Below are positions 18,267 through 29,856 of a stretch of DNA of 64,000 nucleotides, in pieces. The translations under genes were made by a program, and so were the position numbers. A model generated the notes under the pieces. It did no database searches and was not told the origin of the DNA. It worked only from the letters and a program-made list of their open reading frames with translations. Numbering within the stretch: the first letter of the stretch is position 1; each line of letters opens with the position of its first letter. Origin of the DNA: Candidatus Eiseniibacteriota bacterium (GTDB taxonomy: Bacteria > Eisenbacteria > RBG-16-71-46); contig CAVZLN010000007.1 in the NCBI GenBank assembly GCA_963776245.1, forward strand, positions 64,001-128,000, given 5' to 3'.

Positions 18267-19625
18267 CTACCTCACCCAGACGGTCTTGAGGTTCACGAAC
18301 TCGCGGATGCCGAGCGCCGACAGCTCGCGGCCATATCCGGAGCGCTTGAGCCCTCCGAACGGCAGCCGCGGGTCGGACTTCACGATCCCGTTGACGAACA
18401 CCTGCCCGGCCTCGAGCTCCTTCGCCAGCGCTTCGCCGCGGGCCGCGTCCGCGGTCCACACGCTCGCTCCGAGCGCGTAGCGGGAGCGGTTCGCGAGCGC
18501 CACCGCGTGGGGCGCGCTCTCCGCCCGGATCACGGCCGCGAGTGGCCCGAAGGTCTCCTCGTCGAACGCCGCCATGCCCGGGGTCACGCCGCCCAGCGCG
18601 CTGGCGGCATAGAAGAAGCCGGGGCCGTCGAGCGCGTGCCCGCCCGCCAGCAGCGTGGCGCCGGCGGCCAGGGAGCGGCGCGCCTGGTCGTGGAGTTCGA
18701 CGCGCAGGTCGGCGCGCGCGAGCGGGCCGAGCACGGTGGCGCGGTCGAGCGGGTCGCCCACCTTCGCCGCGCGCAGCCGCTCGACGAACGCGCGGGTGAA
18801 GCGCTCGAGGACCGGGGCCACCACGATGAAGCGCTTGGCGGCGATGCAGGACTGCCCGTTGTTGAGCAGCCGCGCGTCCACCGCGCGCAGCGCGACCTGC
18901 TCGGCGGGCGCGTCGGCGAGCACGATGAATGGATCGGAGCCCCCCAGTTCGAGCACGCACTTCTTGAGCGCCGCGCCCGCCGCCGCCGCCACCGCCACGC
19001 CCGCCGCGTCGCTGCCGGTGAGCGAGACCGCGGCCACCGCGTCGTGCGCCACCAGGCCGGCGACCACGGACGAAGGCACCAGCAGCGCGACCAGCCCACC
19101 GTCGGGCAGGCCGGCGTCGCGCATCAGGGTCTCGATGGCGAGCGCGCATCCCGGCACGTTGGAGGCGTGCTTGAGGATCACCACGTTGCCCGCCATGAGC
19201 GCGGGCGCCGCGCAGCGGAACACCTGCCAGAGCGGGAAGTTCCAGGGCATCACCGCGAGCACCGCGCCGAGCGGGTCGCAGCGCACGAACGAGCGGGTCG
19301 CGTCGCTGGCGATGACCTGCGGGGCGAGGTAGCGCTCGGCATGCTGCGCGTAGTGCTCGCACGTCCCCGCGCACTTCTCGACCTCGGCCTCGGACTGCAC
19401 GATGGGCTTGCCCATCTCCAGCGTCATCAGGCGGGCGAGGCCGTCGCGGCGCTGGCGCAGCAGGAGGGCCGCGCGAGTGAGCACCGCGGCGCGCTCGGCG
19501 AACGTGCGCGCGCGCCACACCGCGAAGGCCGCGGAGGAATCCGCCAGCCGCCCGGCGACCGCGGCAGGATCGTGATCGGGGTACTCGGCGAGGGTCTCGC
19601 CGGTGGCGGGATTGACGGAGCGCAT
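18267..19625 (-). CDS. NAD(P)-dependent succinate-semialdehyde dehydrogenase (Sad/GabD-type aldehyde dehydrogenase)
   Basis: SVNPATGE, VMPWNFPLWQ, LKHAS, LTGS, LELGGSDP, GQSCIAAKRF, EETFGP, PFGGLKRSGYGRE. Confidence 0.92.
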   Translation of the reverse strand: MRSVNPATGETLAEYPDHDPAAVAGRLADSSAAFAVWRARTFAERAAVLTRAALLLRQRRDGLARLMTLEMGKPIVQSEAEVEKCAGTCEHYAQHAERYLAPQVIASDATRSFVRCDPLGAVLAVMPWNFPLWQVFRCAAPALMAGNVVILKHASNVPGCALAIETLMRDAGLPDGGLVALLVPSSVVAGLVAHDAVAAVSLTGSDAAGVAVAAAAGAALKKCVLELGGSDPFIVLADAPAEQVALRAVDARLLNNGQSCIAAKRFIVVAPVLERFTRAFVERLRAAKVGDPLDRATVLGPLARADLRVELHDQARRSLAAGATLLAGGHALDGPGFFYAASALGGVTPGMAAFDEETFGPLAAVIRAESAPHAVALANRSRYALGASVWTADAARGEALAKELEAGQVFVNGIVKSDPRLPFGGLKRSGYGRELSALGIREFVNLKTVWVR

Positions 19626-19680
19626 GGGGGGCAGGATACCATCGGCCGACGGGGCCGACGGAACCGCCCGAGGAGGGACG

Positions 19681-20136
19681 ATGGACGAGATCGCACGCAT
19701 CGACGACCAGTTGCGCCGTGCCTTCGAGCGCGAGGCGTGGTCGGGACCGTCGCTGCTCGAGACGCTCGACGGCGTGGACGCGGCGGCCGCGGCACGGCGC
19801 CCGGTGGGGAGCGCGCACAGCATCTGGGAGATCGTGCTCCACATCGGCGCCTGGCAGGACATCGCGCGCCGGCGCCTCGCCGGCGAACGCGTGGAGGTGA
19901 CGCCCGAGGTGGACTGGCCCCCGGTCCGCGAACCGAGCGACGCGGCGTGGGCGGACGCGCTCGATCGCCTCCGGCGGGGTCATGAGGCGCTGCGCCGGGT
20001 GGCGCGCTCGCTCGATCCCGGCGCGCTCGACGGATGCCCGGCGGATTCCACCGTGTCGCGCTACGTGCTCGCGCAGGGCGTGGCCCAGCACGACCTCTAT
20101 CATGCCGGCCAGATCGCGCTGCTGAAGAAGGCATGA
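19681..20136 (+). CDS. DinB family protein
   Basis: AGGAGG RBS; HSIWEIVLH ... QHDLYHAGQI histidine triad. Confidence 0.85.
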   Translation: MDEIARIDDQLRRAFEREAWSGPSLLETLDGVDAAAAARRPVGSAHSIWEIVLHIGAWQDIARRRLAGERVEVTPEVDWPPVREPSDAAWADALDRLRRGHEALRRVARSLDPGALDGCPADSTVSRYVLAQGVAQHDLYHAGQIALLKKA

Positions 20137-20221
20137 GGAGGGACGAGGTCCTGCGCCTCGTCGCGGCGATCCCGGCCCGGTCATCGCCCAGGATCGGGGC
20201 GGTCGCCCGGCCGGGATCCGG

Positions 20222-20249
20222 TAGGCGCATAATCAGTATTATGTAAACC
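20222..20249. other. dif-like chromosome dimer resolution site (XerC/XerD)
   Basis: TAGGCGCATAA-TCAGTA-TTATGTAAACC, 11-6-11 layout matching E. coli dif GGTGCGCATAA-TGTATA-TTATGTTAAAT; intergenic AT-rich island where gene orientation flips. Confidence 0.85.
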
Positions 20250-20368
20250 TACAGGCACGGAGGGCCGTGCGTCCGAGGCATCGTGGCCGTGGATCCGCTC
20301 TCCCCCGTCGCCGGTCCGCCGACATCCCACCTGCCGGGCGCTCGTGACTCGCGCCCGGGAGGGTCACC

Positions 20369-22819
<2,451 letters not shown>

Positions 22820-22892
22820 AGGCGGCGGAGAGTAGCGAAGCGCGGCCCGCGAGTCACGCGGTCCGCGGGTCCCGCGGCCGCCGCTCAGCCCG

Positions 22893-23846
22893 TCACCGCA
22901 CGCCGCAGAGCGTGCGGGTGGCCTGCTCGAGCACCGCGATGGGATCGGCGCGACCGCTCTTCCACGCCGCCTCGGCGCGGTAGAGCGCGTCCGCCGCGGC
23001 GCACAGCTCGGCGGGCCGCATGCGGTGGCGCAGTGTGCCGCTGTGCTCGCGGTGGATCGCCCAGCCCCCGAGCGCGCCCCCGACCAGGTTCGCGAGTGCG
23101 AACAGGACCTGTCCCTCGCTCACCCCGGTCGCCAGCAGCCGGCCGAGCCGCAGGGTGGCGGCGCCGGCCCGCCCGCGCGCCACCGCGCCCAGGTACTCCG
23201 GCAGGTCCGCGCCCACCGCGGGGCGCAGCACCGCCTGCGCGTCGGCCAGTCGGACCACGCGGTCCCCTCCCGCCCAGGCGCAGATCTTCTCGAGCTCATT
23301 GAAGAACGCGAGCGGATCGCCCTCGCAGGCGTCCGCGGTCGACTCGAGCACGCCGGGCTCGGCCTCGATGCCCTCGCGCGCCAGACGGCGGACGCCCCAC
23401 GCGAGCAGCGCGGGGCGCTCGGGCGGCCGCGCCTCCCAGCGCACGGCGGCGGCGGCGCGCAGCGGCTCGAGGGACTTGCGGAGAACGTCGGCCTCGGACT
23501 CCACCAGCACCAGGCACGAGCCGCCCGCCGGCCGAGCGAGGCCCGCGGCGAGGGCCGCCACCTTCTTCTCGCTGCGCCCGAGCGTCTCGACCTCGAGCAC
23601 CAGGGTCAGTTCGCGCGGCGCGAACAGCGATGCGCCCTGGTAGGCGGCGAGGATCTGCTCCACCCCGCTCTCGGCGGCGCGCAGCACGCGGGCGGTCGGC
23701 GCGGCGGGCACGTGCGCGGCCCAGGCGGCGCGCAGCTCGGCGAGCAGGGCGGTCTTGAGCGGCTCGGAGGGGCCTTCGAGGTAGAGCGTGGCCGGGAAGT
23801 CGTCGCGATCGAAGCGCCCGAGCAACGCGAACGCGTCGGCCGTCAC
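22893..23846 (-). CDS. holA: DNA polymerase III delta subunit (divergent)
   Basis: [25 protein letters not shown]; next to lptE and leuS as in the conserved cluster; GTG start at 23846 inferred. Confidence 0.7.
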   Translation of the reverse strand: MTADAFALLGRFDRDDFPATLYLEGPSEPLKTALLAELRAAWAAHVPAAPTARVLRAAESGVEQILAAYQGASLFAPRELTLVLEVETLGRSEKKVAALAAGLARPAGGSCLVLVESEADVLRKSLEPLRAAAAVRWEARPPERPALLAWGVRRLAREGIEAEPGVLESTADACEGDPLAFFNELEKICAWAGGDRVVRLADAQAVLRPAVGADLPEYLGAVARGRAGAATLRLGRLLATGVSEGQVLFALANLVGGALGGWAIHREHSGTLRHRMRPAELCAAADALYRAEAAWKSGRADPIAVLEQATRTLCGVR

Positions 23847-23904
23847 GCTCGCGCCGGCGCCCCGACCGCGCGGGAAGGGCGCGCGGCGCGCGGGCGCCGG
23901 GGAG

Positions 23905-24423
23905 TCACCAGCCCTGGGTGGAGCGGCTGAGGACTTCGTCGGCGATCTTCTGGATGGCTTCTTTGCGTCCATCGAGCTCGGTCTTCGCGGTCTGGCCGGG
24001 GACATCCTGCACGTAGTAGTTCGCCGTCTTGATCATGGCGTCGTCTCGCCACATCTCGCGGTTCTTCAGCTGGTCCTTGAACACGACCGAGACCGTGATC
24101 GTCACGCGGTACTCCTGCGCGCGATTCTGGGTGGAGAAGCCGAACACCGAATTCTTGTAGGCGACGATCTTCCCGCTCAGCACACAGTCGGCGGAGCGCT
24201 CGTTCACCACCTTGAGGTGATTGTCCTGCACGAAGCGCTGGAGCACCGCGTCGGTGATCTCCTGCTGGAGCGTGTACTCGGTGGTGGCGTTCTCGAACAC
24301 CGGCACCGCCACCGTCTTGAGGTTCGACGGCAGCAGCGCGGTGCTGGTGGTGTACGCGCAACCGCCCGCGAGGCAAGCGACCGCCCCCGCGAGCAGCAGC
24401 GCGCGGGGGCGGGAGATCTTCAC
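23905..24423 (-). CDS. lptE: LptE-family LPS-assembly lipoprotein
   Basis: Lipobox LAGGC, LKTVAVPVFEN.T, ADCVLSGKI; synteny with holA and leuS. Confidence 0.75.
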   Translation of the reverse strand: MKISRPRALLLAGAVACLAGGCAYTTSTALLPSNLKTVAVPVFENATTEYTLQQEITDAVLQRFVQDNHLKVVNERSADCVLSGKIVAYKNSVFGFSTQNRAQEYRVTITVSVVFKDQLKNREMWRDDAMIKTANYYVQDVPGQTAKTELDGRKEAIQKIADEVLSRSTQGW

Positions 24424-24426
24424 GAC

Positions 24427-25860
24427 TCAAGCCACCTTGTGGGTCGGGTCGGACGACTCGTGCTCGGGCTGCAGCTCGTACAGCTTCATCCGGTAACGGA
24501 GCTTGTCGCGCTTGAGGTTGAGGAGCTCCGCGGTGCGACTCTGATTCCACTTGGTAGCACACGACGCACGCACAATCAAGGCGCGCTCCAGCTCCTCGAC
24601 GAGCGCTTCGAAGGGGATCCCGGTCGGCGGGATCGCGCCTCCCATCGCCTCGTCGACGCGATGTCCGAGCGTCACCCCGGCCGCGGCGCGCGCGCGCGGG
24701 GCGAGCTTGAGGTGCCGCGGCTCGAGCACCTCGGCGTTCTCGAGCAGCACGGTGCGCTCGAAGAGGTTCTTCAGCTCACGGATGTTCCCGGGCCACGGGT
24801 AGTCGGCCAGGACCTGCTCGGCCGCGGGGCTGATGCCGCGGAACGGCTTCTTGAACTGCTTGGAGAAGCGCTCCATGAAGAGCTTGGCGAGCGGCAGGAT
24901 GTCCTCGCGGCGCTCCCGCAGCGGCGGGACGTAGAGCGGCACCACCTTGAGGCGGTAGTAGAGGTCCTCGCGGAAGCTCCCCTCCCGCACCATCCGCTCG
25001 AGGTCCTGGTTGGTGGCGGAGATGATGCGCGGATTCACGGCGAAGTCCTTGGTGCCTCCGACGCGGCGCACCGTGCGGCGCTCCAGCACCCGCAGCAGCT
25101 TGACCTGGAGCATCGGCGCCATCTCCCCGATCTCGTCGAGGAACAGCGTGCCCTCGCTCGCCAGCTCCATCAGGCCCAGCTTCTGCGAGCGCGCGTCGGT
25201 GAACGCGCCTTTCTCGTGCCCGAACAGCTCGCTCTCGAGCAGTTCGCTCGGGATGGCCGCGCAGTTGAGCTCGATGAACGGCCGGTCGTGCCGTGCGCTC
25301 ATCCGGTGGACCAGGTTCGCGAAGTACTCCTTGCCGGTGCCGCTCTCGCCCTCGATGAGCACGCTGGTGGTGTCGCCACGCGCCACCTGCTCGGCGATCG
25401 CGTACGCCTCCTGCATGCGAGCGCTGCCGGAGTGCAGGTAGTCCTCGTCGGCGAACGCCTGGTGGCGCAGCCGGCGCAGTTCAATCCACATGCGCTGCGA
25501 GTCGATGGCGCGCTCGACCAGCGCCAGCAGCTCGTCGTTCTGGAACGGCTTCCGCACGAACCAGAACGCGCCGGCGCTCATCGCCTCGACGGCGGTCTCC
25601 AGTTCACCGAACGCGGTCATGAGGATGACCGAGACCTCGGGCTGGATCCGCTTGATCTCGCGCAGCAGTTCGATGCCGGTGCCGTCGGGGAGCTTCAGAT
25701 CGAGCACCGCGACGTCGGGAAGGTCGCGCTCGAAGGCCTCGCGGCCCTCGCGCACGGAACCGGTGGTGACCACGGAGTAGCCCGCGTCCTCGAGCGTGCG
25801 GCTCACGAAGTGCCGGATGGAATCCTGATCGTCCACGACCAGGATGTTGGCCTTGCTCAT
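24427..25860 (-). CDS. sigma54-dependent response regulator (REC-AAA+-HTH, NtrC family)
   Basis: ILVVDD, LDLKLPD, GESGTGKE, ESELFGHEKGAFTDA, LFLDEIGE, FREDLYYRL, WPGNIRELKN, C-terminal HTH. Confidence 0.95.
   Translation of the reverse strand: MSKANILVVDDQDSIRHFVSRTLEDAGYSVVTTGSVREGREAFERDLPDVAVLDLKLPDGTGIELLREIKRIQPEVSVILMTAFGELETAVEAMSAGAFWFVRKPFQNDELLALVERAIDSQRMWIELRRLRHQAFADEDYLHSGSARMQEAYAIAEQVARGDTTSVLIEGESGTGKEYFANLVHRMSARHDRPFIELNCAAIPSELLESELFGHEKGAFTDARSQKLGLMELASEGTLFLDEIGEMAPMLQVKLLRVLERRTVRRVGGTKDFAVNPRIISATNQDLERMVREGSFREDLYYRLKVVPLYVPPLRERREDILPLAKLFMERFSKQFKKPFRGISPAAEQVLADYPWPGNIRELKNLFERTVLLENAEVLEPRHLKLAPRARAAAGVTLGHRVDEAMGGAIPPTGIPFEALVEELERALIVRASCATKWNQSRTAELLNLKRDKLRYRMKLYELQPEHESSDPTHKVA
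24551..24579 (-). promoter_or_regulatory. putative internal sigma70 promoter for lptE-holA
   Basis: Minus strand TTGATT-N17-TACCAA with TGn extension, in an AT-enriched patch at the 3' end of the regulator gene. Confidence 0.45.
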
Positions 25861-27800
25861 GCGTTGCCTCCGTTGGATTCCAGCGGCAGTTCCACGGTGA
25901 AAGTGGTACCGCGGGCGGGCTCGCTCTGGACCGCGAGACTCCCACCGTGTCGCTTGACGATGTCGTGGCAGATGTAGAGACCGAGCCCGGTCCCGCCGGG
26001 CTTGGTGGTGAAGAAGGGCTCGAAGATGGTCTTCAGCGCCTCGCCCGAGATGCCGCTGCCGTGGTCCTCCACGCGCGCGATCACGCCCGGGACGACGGCG
26101 CTTCCGGATCCGGGGCCGCGGGGCGCCGCGGGCTCGACGACGACCTGCACGCGGTCGCCGGCGGACGACGCCTCGGCCGCGTTCTTGAGCAGGTTGATGA
26201 ACACCTGCTCGATCTGATCGGGGTCGTGCGCCACGGCCGGCACCCGGGGGGCGACCGCGACGTCGAGCGAGACGCCGCGCTGCTCGTAGACCGCGCGCAG
26301 GCACTGCACCGCGCGGCCGAGCGCGTCCTCGACCGGGGCCACGCGCAGGCTGAGCCCGCGCGGATGGGTGATCTCGAACAGGTCGCCGACGATGCGGTCG
26401 AGGCGCTTGATCTCGCCGTGGATGAAGGCGAGGTTCTCGCGCTGCGAGTCGTCGTCCTTGAGCGCCCGGGCGAGGTACTGCACCCCCGCGCCGATGCCGG
26501 CCAGCGGGTTGCGGATCTCGTGCGCCACGCTCGAGGTGAAACGCCCGAGCGCGGCCAGCCGGTCGAGCCGCCGGGCGTGCTCCTCGGCCCGGCGCAGGGG
26601 CGTGAGGTCGATGAACGTGGCGATGGCGCCGTAGACGGCGCGCCGGTCGTTGCGCAGCAGCGAGGTGGTGAGCGAGACCGGCACCGGGGTCCCGTCCTGG
26701 GCCCGCAGCATGAGGGTCTCGCGCACCACCTCGCGGCCATGTTCGAGGGTGGCGCGCATGATCTCCTCGCCGTCGCCGCCCAGCACCACGCCGACCCCCT
26801 CGCCGAGGGCGTCGTCGCCATTCCAGCCGAGCAGGGCCTCGGCGGCGTGATTGAAGGTGAGCACCTCGCCCTGCATGTTCACCGCGACCAGCGCGCTCGG
26901 CATGCTGTCGAGCACGTGCTCGCGGAAGCGTTCGCTGCGGCGCAGCTCGTGGTAGAGGCGGGCATTCTCGATCATCGGGGCGATCGACTGCGCGATCGAC
27001 TCGATCAGCGTGGTGTCGGTGGCGGTGAGCGCCGGCGCGCCGCGGTGGCGGGCCGCCCCGATGATGCCGAGGACGGGCATGTGGTCGCAGCCGAGGCAAT
27101 GGCGCTGGCGTTCCTCGCGGTCGGCGGCCCAGCCATCGGCCGCGGCGCCGGGCGGCGGCACCACCACCGCGGCGTCGCCCAGCATGCAGCGCGCCCCGCA
27201 GAGCTCGTGCTGCTGGCCGACCGGCACCAGCGTGTGGCTGCGGCGCAGCGGCACCGCCACCAGCGAGCCGAGGTCCTCGAGGGTCTCCTCCAGCGGATGT
27301 CCCTCGGGCAGCGAGGCGGCGAGGCGGGGGCGCAGCGCCCGGTGGGTGACCGTGCGGTCGAGCCACACCGCCCGGGCCAGCGCGCCCCCGTCGCCCAGCA
27401 GGGACACCGCCAGCGGGGTGCTGTGCTCGCGGTCGGCCCGGCGGCTGACCCAGGTGCCCTGGAGCGCGTGCTCTCCGCGATCCACGAGCATCAGGCAGAC
27501 CTCGTCGAAACCGAACGCGCGGCACAGGTAGCGCGCCACCGTGCGGGTGGTCTCCCCCGCATCGAGACTGTTCACCACCTGGCTCGCGACCTCGCGCAGC
27601 GAAACCAGCTGCACGTTGGTCTCGATCAGGCGCCGCTGGCTGCGCTCGAGCTCCTCGACCAGCAGGCGCACGGTCTCGAGCAGCGCCTCCGGTCCCTCGG
27701 GATCGACGGGCAGCGTGATGCCGGACGTGTCCGTGAGCCCACGGACCTCGTCGACGCGCCTCAACAGGTCGCGCAGCTGCTCGTGCTGCGTGATGGCCAT
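25857..27800 (-). CDS. cytoplasmic GAF-PAS sensor histidine kinase
   Basis: H-box AHEIRNPL, N-box QVFINLLKNA, DHGSGI, FEPFFTTK, GTGLGL; PAS (FNHAAEALLGW); no TM; 4-nt overlap with the regulator. Confidence 0.93.
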   Translation of the reverse strand: MAITQHEQLRDLLRRVDEVRGLTDTSGITLPVDPEGPEALLETVRLLVEELERSQRRLIETNVQLVSLREVASQVVNSLDAGETTRTVARYLCRAFGFDEVCLMLVDRGEHALQGTWVSRRADREHSTPLAVSLLGDGGALARAVWLDRTVTHRALRPRLAASLPEGHPLEETLEDLGSLVAVPLRRSHTLVPVGQQHELCGARCMLGDAAVVVPPPGAAADGWAADREERQRHCLGCDHMPVLGIIGAARHRGAPALTATDTTLIESIAQSIAPMIENARLYHELRRSERFREHVLDSMPSALVAVNMQGEVLTFNHAAEALLGWNGDDALGEGVGVVLGGDGEEIMRATLEHGREVVRETLMLRAQDGTPVPVSLTTSLLRNDRRAVYGAIATFIDLTPLRRAEEHARRLDRLAALGRFTSSVAHEIRNPLAGIGAGVQYLARALKDDDSQRENLAFIHGEIKRLDRIVGDLFEITHPRGLSLRVAPVEDALGRAVQCLRAVYEQRGVSLDVAVAPRVPAVAHDPDQIEQVFINLLKNAAEASSAGDRVQVVVEPAAPRGPGSGSAVVPGVIARVEDHGSGISGEALKTIFEPFFTTKPGGTGLGLYICHDIVKRHGGSLAVQSEPARGTTFTVELPLESNGGNA

Positions 27801-27937
27801 GACTCTCGCACCAGGGCACGGCGAAAGGGCTCGCCGGCCCGGAGGCTCGGTGCTTCACCGGCACGCGTCACAGGGCGGGGTGGTGGGCGTGCCGGGTCGT
27901 GGCGGGCCGCCGCGAGGCGCCCCGCCCATCGAACGGT

Positions 27938-29068
27938 CTAGCGATCCGTGAATTCGCGCACGGTGGCGGCGACGTAGCGGATCTGTTCCTCCGTCAGCTC
28001 GGGGTAGATCGGCAGGGCGATGGTCTCCAGCGCGGCGGCCTCGGCGTGGGGCATCGAGCCCGTCGCGTAGCCGAGCATGCTGAAGCACTTCTGGAGGTGG
28101 AGCGGCACCGGGTAGTACACCTCGTTCCCGATGCCGTGATCGGCGAGGTGCTTGCGCACCTCGTCGCGCTTCTCCACGCGGATGCAGTACTGGTTGTAGA
28201 TGTGACGCGTGCGCGGGTCGTGGTACGGACGGCCGAGCTTCGCGCCCTCGAACTGGCGGTTGTAGAGGGCGGCGTTGGCCGCGCGCTTCTCGCTCCAGCG
28301 GTCGAGGTGGCGCAGCTTCACGCGCAGGATGGCGGCCTGGAGGGCGTCCAGACGCGAATTGGTGCCCACCAGCGAGTGGTAGTACTTCGGTTTGGCGCCG
28401 TGATTGCAGAGCAGACGCGCCTTTTCGGCGAACTCCGCATTCTGCGTCACCATCATGCCGCCGTCCCCGGCCCCACCGAGGTTCTTCGACGGGAAGAAGG
28501 AGAAGCAGCCGAAGTCGGTCATCGAGCCGGCGCGCTTGCCCTCCCACTCCGAGCCGATGGCCTGGGCCGCGTCCTCGATGACGTAGAGCTTGTGCTTGTC
28601 GCAGATCGCCTTGATCGCCGGAAGGTCGGCGCACTGGCCGAACAGCGACACCGGCATCACGGCCTTGGTGCGCGGGGTGATGGCGGCCTCGAGGCGCAAC
28701 GGGTCGAGGTTGTAGGTGCGCGGGTCGATGTCCACGAACACCGGGGTCGCCCCGTTGTTGGCGATCGTGCCGGCGCTGGCGAAGAACGAGTACGCGCTGG
28801 TGATCACCTCGTCGCCGGGGCCGATCCCGAGCGCCCACATCGCCATCAGCAGCGCGTCGGTGCCCGAGGCGCAGGCGACGGCGTGCGCGCACTGCGAGTA
28901 GCGCGCCACCTCTTCCTCGAGGCCCTTGACCTCGGGGCCGCCGATGAAGTGCTGGCTCTCCATGACGCTCTTCACGGCCGCGTCGAGGTCCGCGCGGAGG
29001 TCCGCGTATTGCGCCTTGAGGTCCAGCAGCGGCACCTGCATGGTGGCTTTGGAGGACATCGCGCTCAT
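27938..29068 (-). CDS. DegT/DnrJ/EryC1/StrS aminotransferase (WbpE/WlbC-like)
   Basis: CASGTDAL, GATPVFVDID, IEDAAQAIG, FSFFPSKNLG, NSRLDALQAAIL, YYPVPLH. Confidence 0.93.
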   Translation of the reverse strand: MSAMSSKATMQVPLLDLKAQYADLRADLDAAVKSVMESQHFIGGPEVKGLEEEVARYSQCAHAVACASGTDALLMAMWALGIGPGDEVITSAYSFFASAGTIANNGATPVFVDIDPRTYNLDPLRLEAAITPRTKAVMPVSLFGQCADLPAIKAICDKHKLYVIEDAAQAIGSEWEGKRAGSMTDFGCFSFFPSKNLGGAGDGGMMVTQNAEFAEKARLLCNHGAKPKYYHSLVGTNSRLDALQAAILRVKLRHLDRWSEKRAANAALYNRQFEGAKLGRPYHDPRTRHIYNQYCIRVEKRDEVRKHLADHGIGNEVYYPVPLHLQKCFSMLGYATGSMPHAEAAALETIALPIYPELTEEQIRYVAATVREFTDR

Positions 29069-29094
29069 GGTGCTCTCCTCTCTATGACGAGGGT

Positions 29095-29856
29095 CTAGGA
29101 ATCGACCCAGCCCTGGTTCTCGAGCAACTGTTCGACCGGAACGTCACGCCACACCCGGGCGGGGGAACCCAGCACGATCTTGCGCGCGGGCACGTCCTTC
29201 GTGACCACCGATCCGGCCGCGACCAGCGCGTCCTCGCCGATGACCACGCCCGGCAGCATCACCGAGCCGGCGCCGATGCGCGCCCCGCGCTTCACGGTCA
29301 CGCCCTTGAAGTGCTTGAAGCGCTCGGCGGTGCGGCCGACGAAATTGTCGTTCGACGTCACCACGCCGGGGGCGACGAACACGCGATCCTCGAGCGTCGA
29401 GTACGCGGTGATGTAGCACTCGCTCTCCAGCTTGCAGTAGCGGCCCACGGTGCAGAAGTTCTCCACCGTCACGCCGCGGCCGACGATGGTGCCGCGCCCG
29501 ATGGTGACGTTCTCGCGGATGGTGGCGAGATCGGCCATCAGCACCTTGCCGTCGATCTTCGCGCCGCGGTAGAGCACCACGCCGGTGCCGACGATGCACA
29601 GGTCGCCGATCTCGAGCGCAGGGAGCGCCTGGTCCGAGGTGGTCGCCGAGTTGGCCGCCTTCATCGGAAGCTTCCCGAGCGAGGCGTGGTCGTCGATGCG
29701 CACGTCGTTGCCCACCACCGTGCCCGCGTGGATCACCACGTGGTGGCCGATCCGGCAGCCGGTGCCGAGCGTGACGTCGGCGCCGACGACGCACTGCTCC
29801 CCGAACGTCGTCCCGGCGCCGATCCGGGCACTGGGGTGCATCAGCCCGGCGCTCAC
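29095..29856 (-). CDS. hexapeptide-repeat N-acetyltransferase (WbpD/WlbB-like)
   Basis: Left-handed beta-helix hexapeptides, GALVAAGSVVTKDV-like motif, GSPAR; GTG start overlaps the upstream stop (alternative ATG at 29841). Confidence 0.88.
   Translation of the reverse strand: MSAGLMHPSARIGAGTTFGEQCVVGADVTLGTGCRIGHHVVIHAGTVVGNDVRIDDHASLGKLPMKAANSATTSDQALPALEIGDLCIVGTGVVLYRGAKIDGKVLMADLATIRENVTIGRGTIVGRGVTVENFCTVGRYCKLESECYITAYSTLEDRVFVAPGVVTSNDNFVGRTAERFKHFKGVTVKRGARIGAGSVMLPGVVIGEDALVAAGSVVTKDVPARKIVLGSPARVWRDVPVEQLLENQGWVDS

Noticed and set aside
24427..27864. 1145-aa ORF suggesting a hybrid kinase-regulator fusion
   Set aside because: The upstream part is an off-frame shadow; the kinase (25857-27800) and regulator (24427-25860) are separate genes with a 4-nt overlap
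27801..27937. Inverted repeats upstream of the histidine kinase (CCGGCACGC...GCGTGCCGG) as a riboswitch
   Set aside because: GC-rich pairing is expected by chance and no known aptamer motif was recognised
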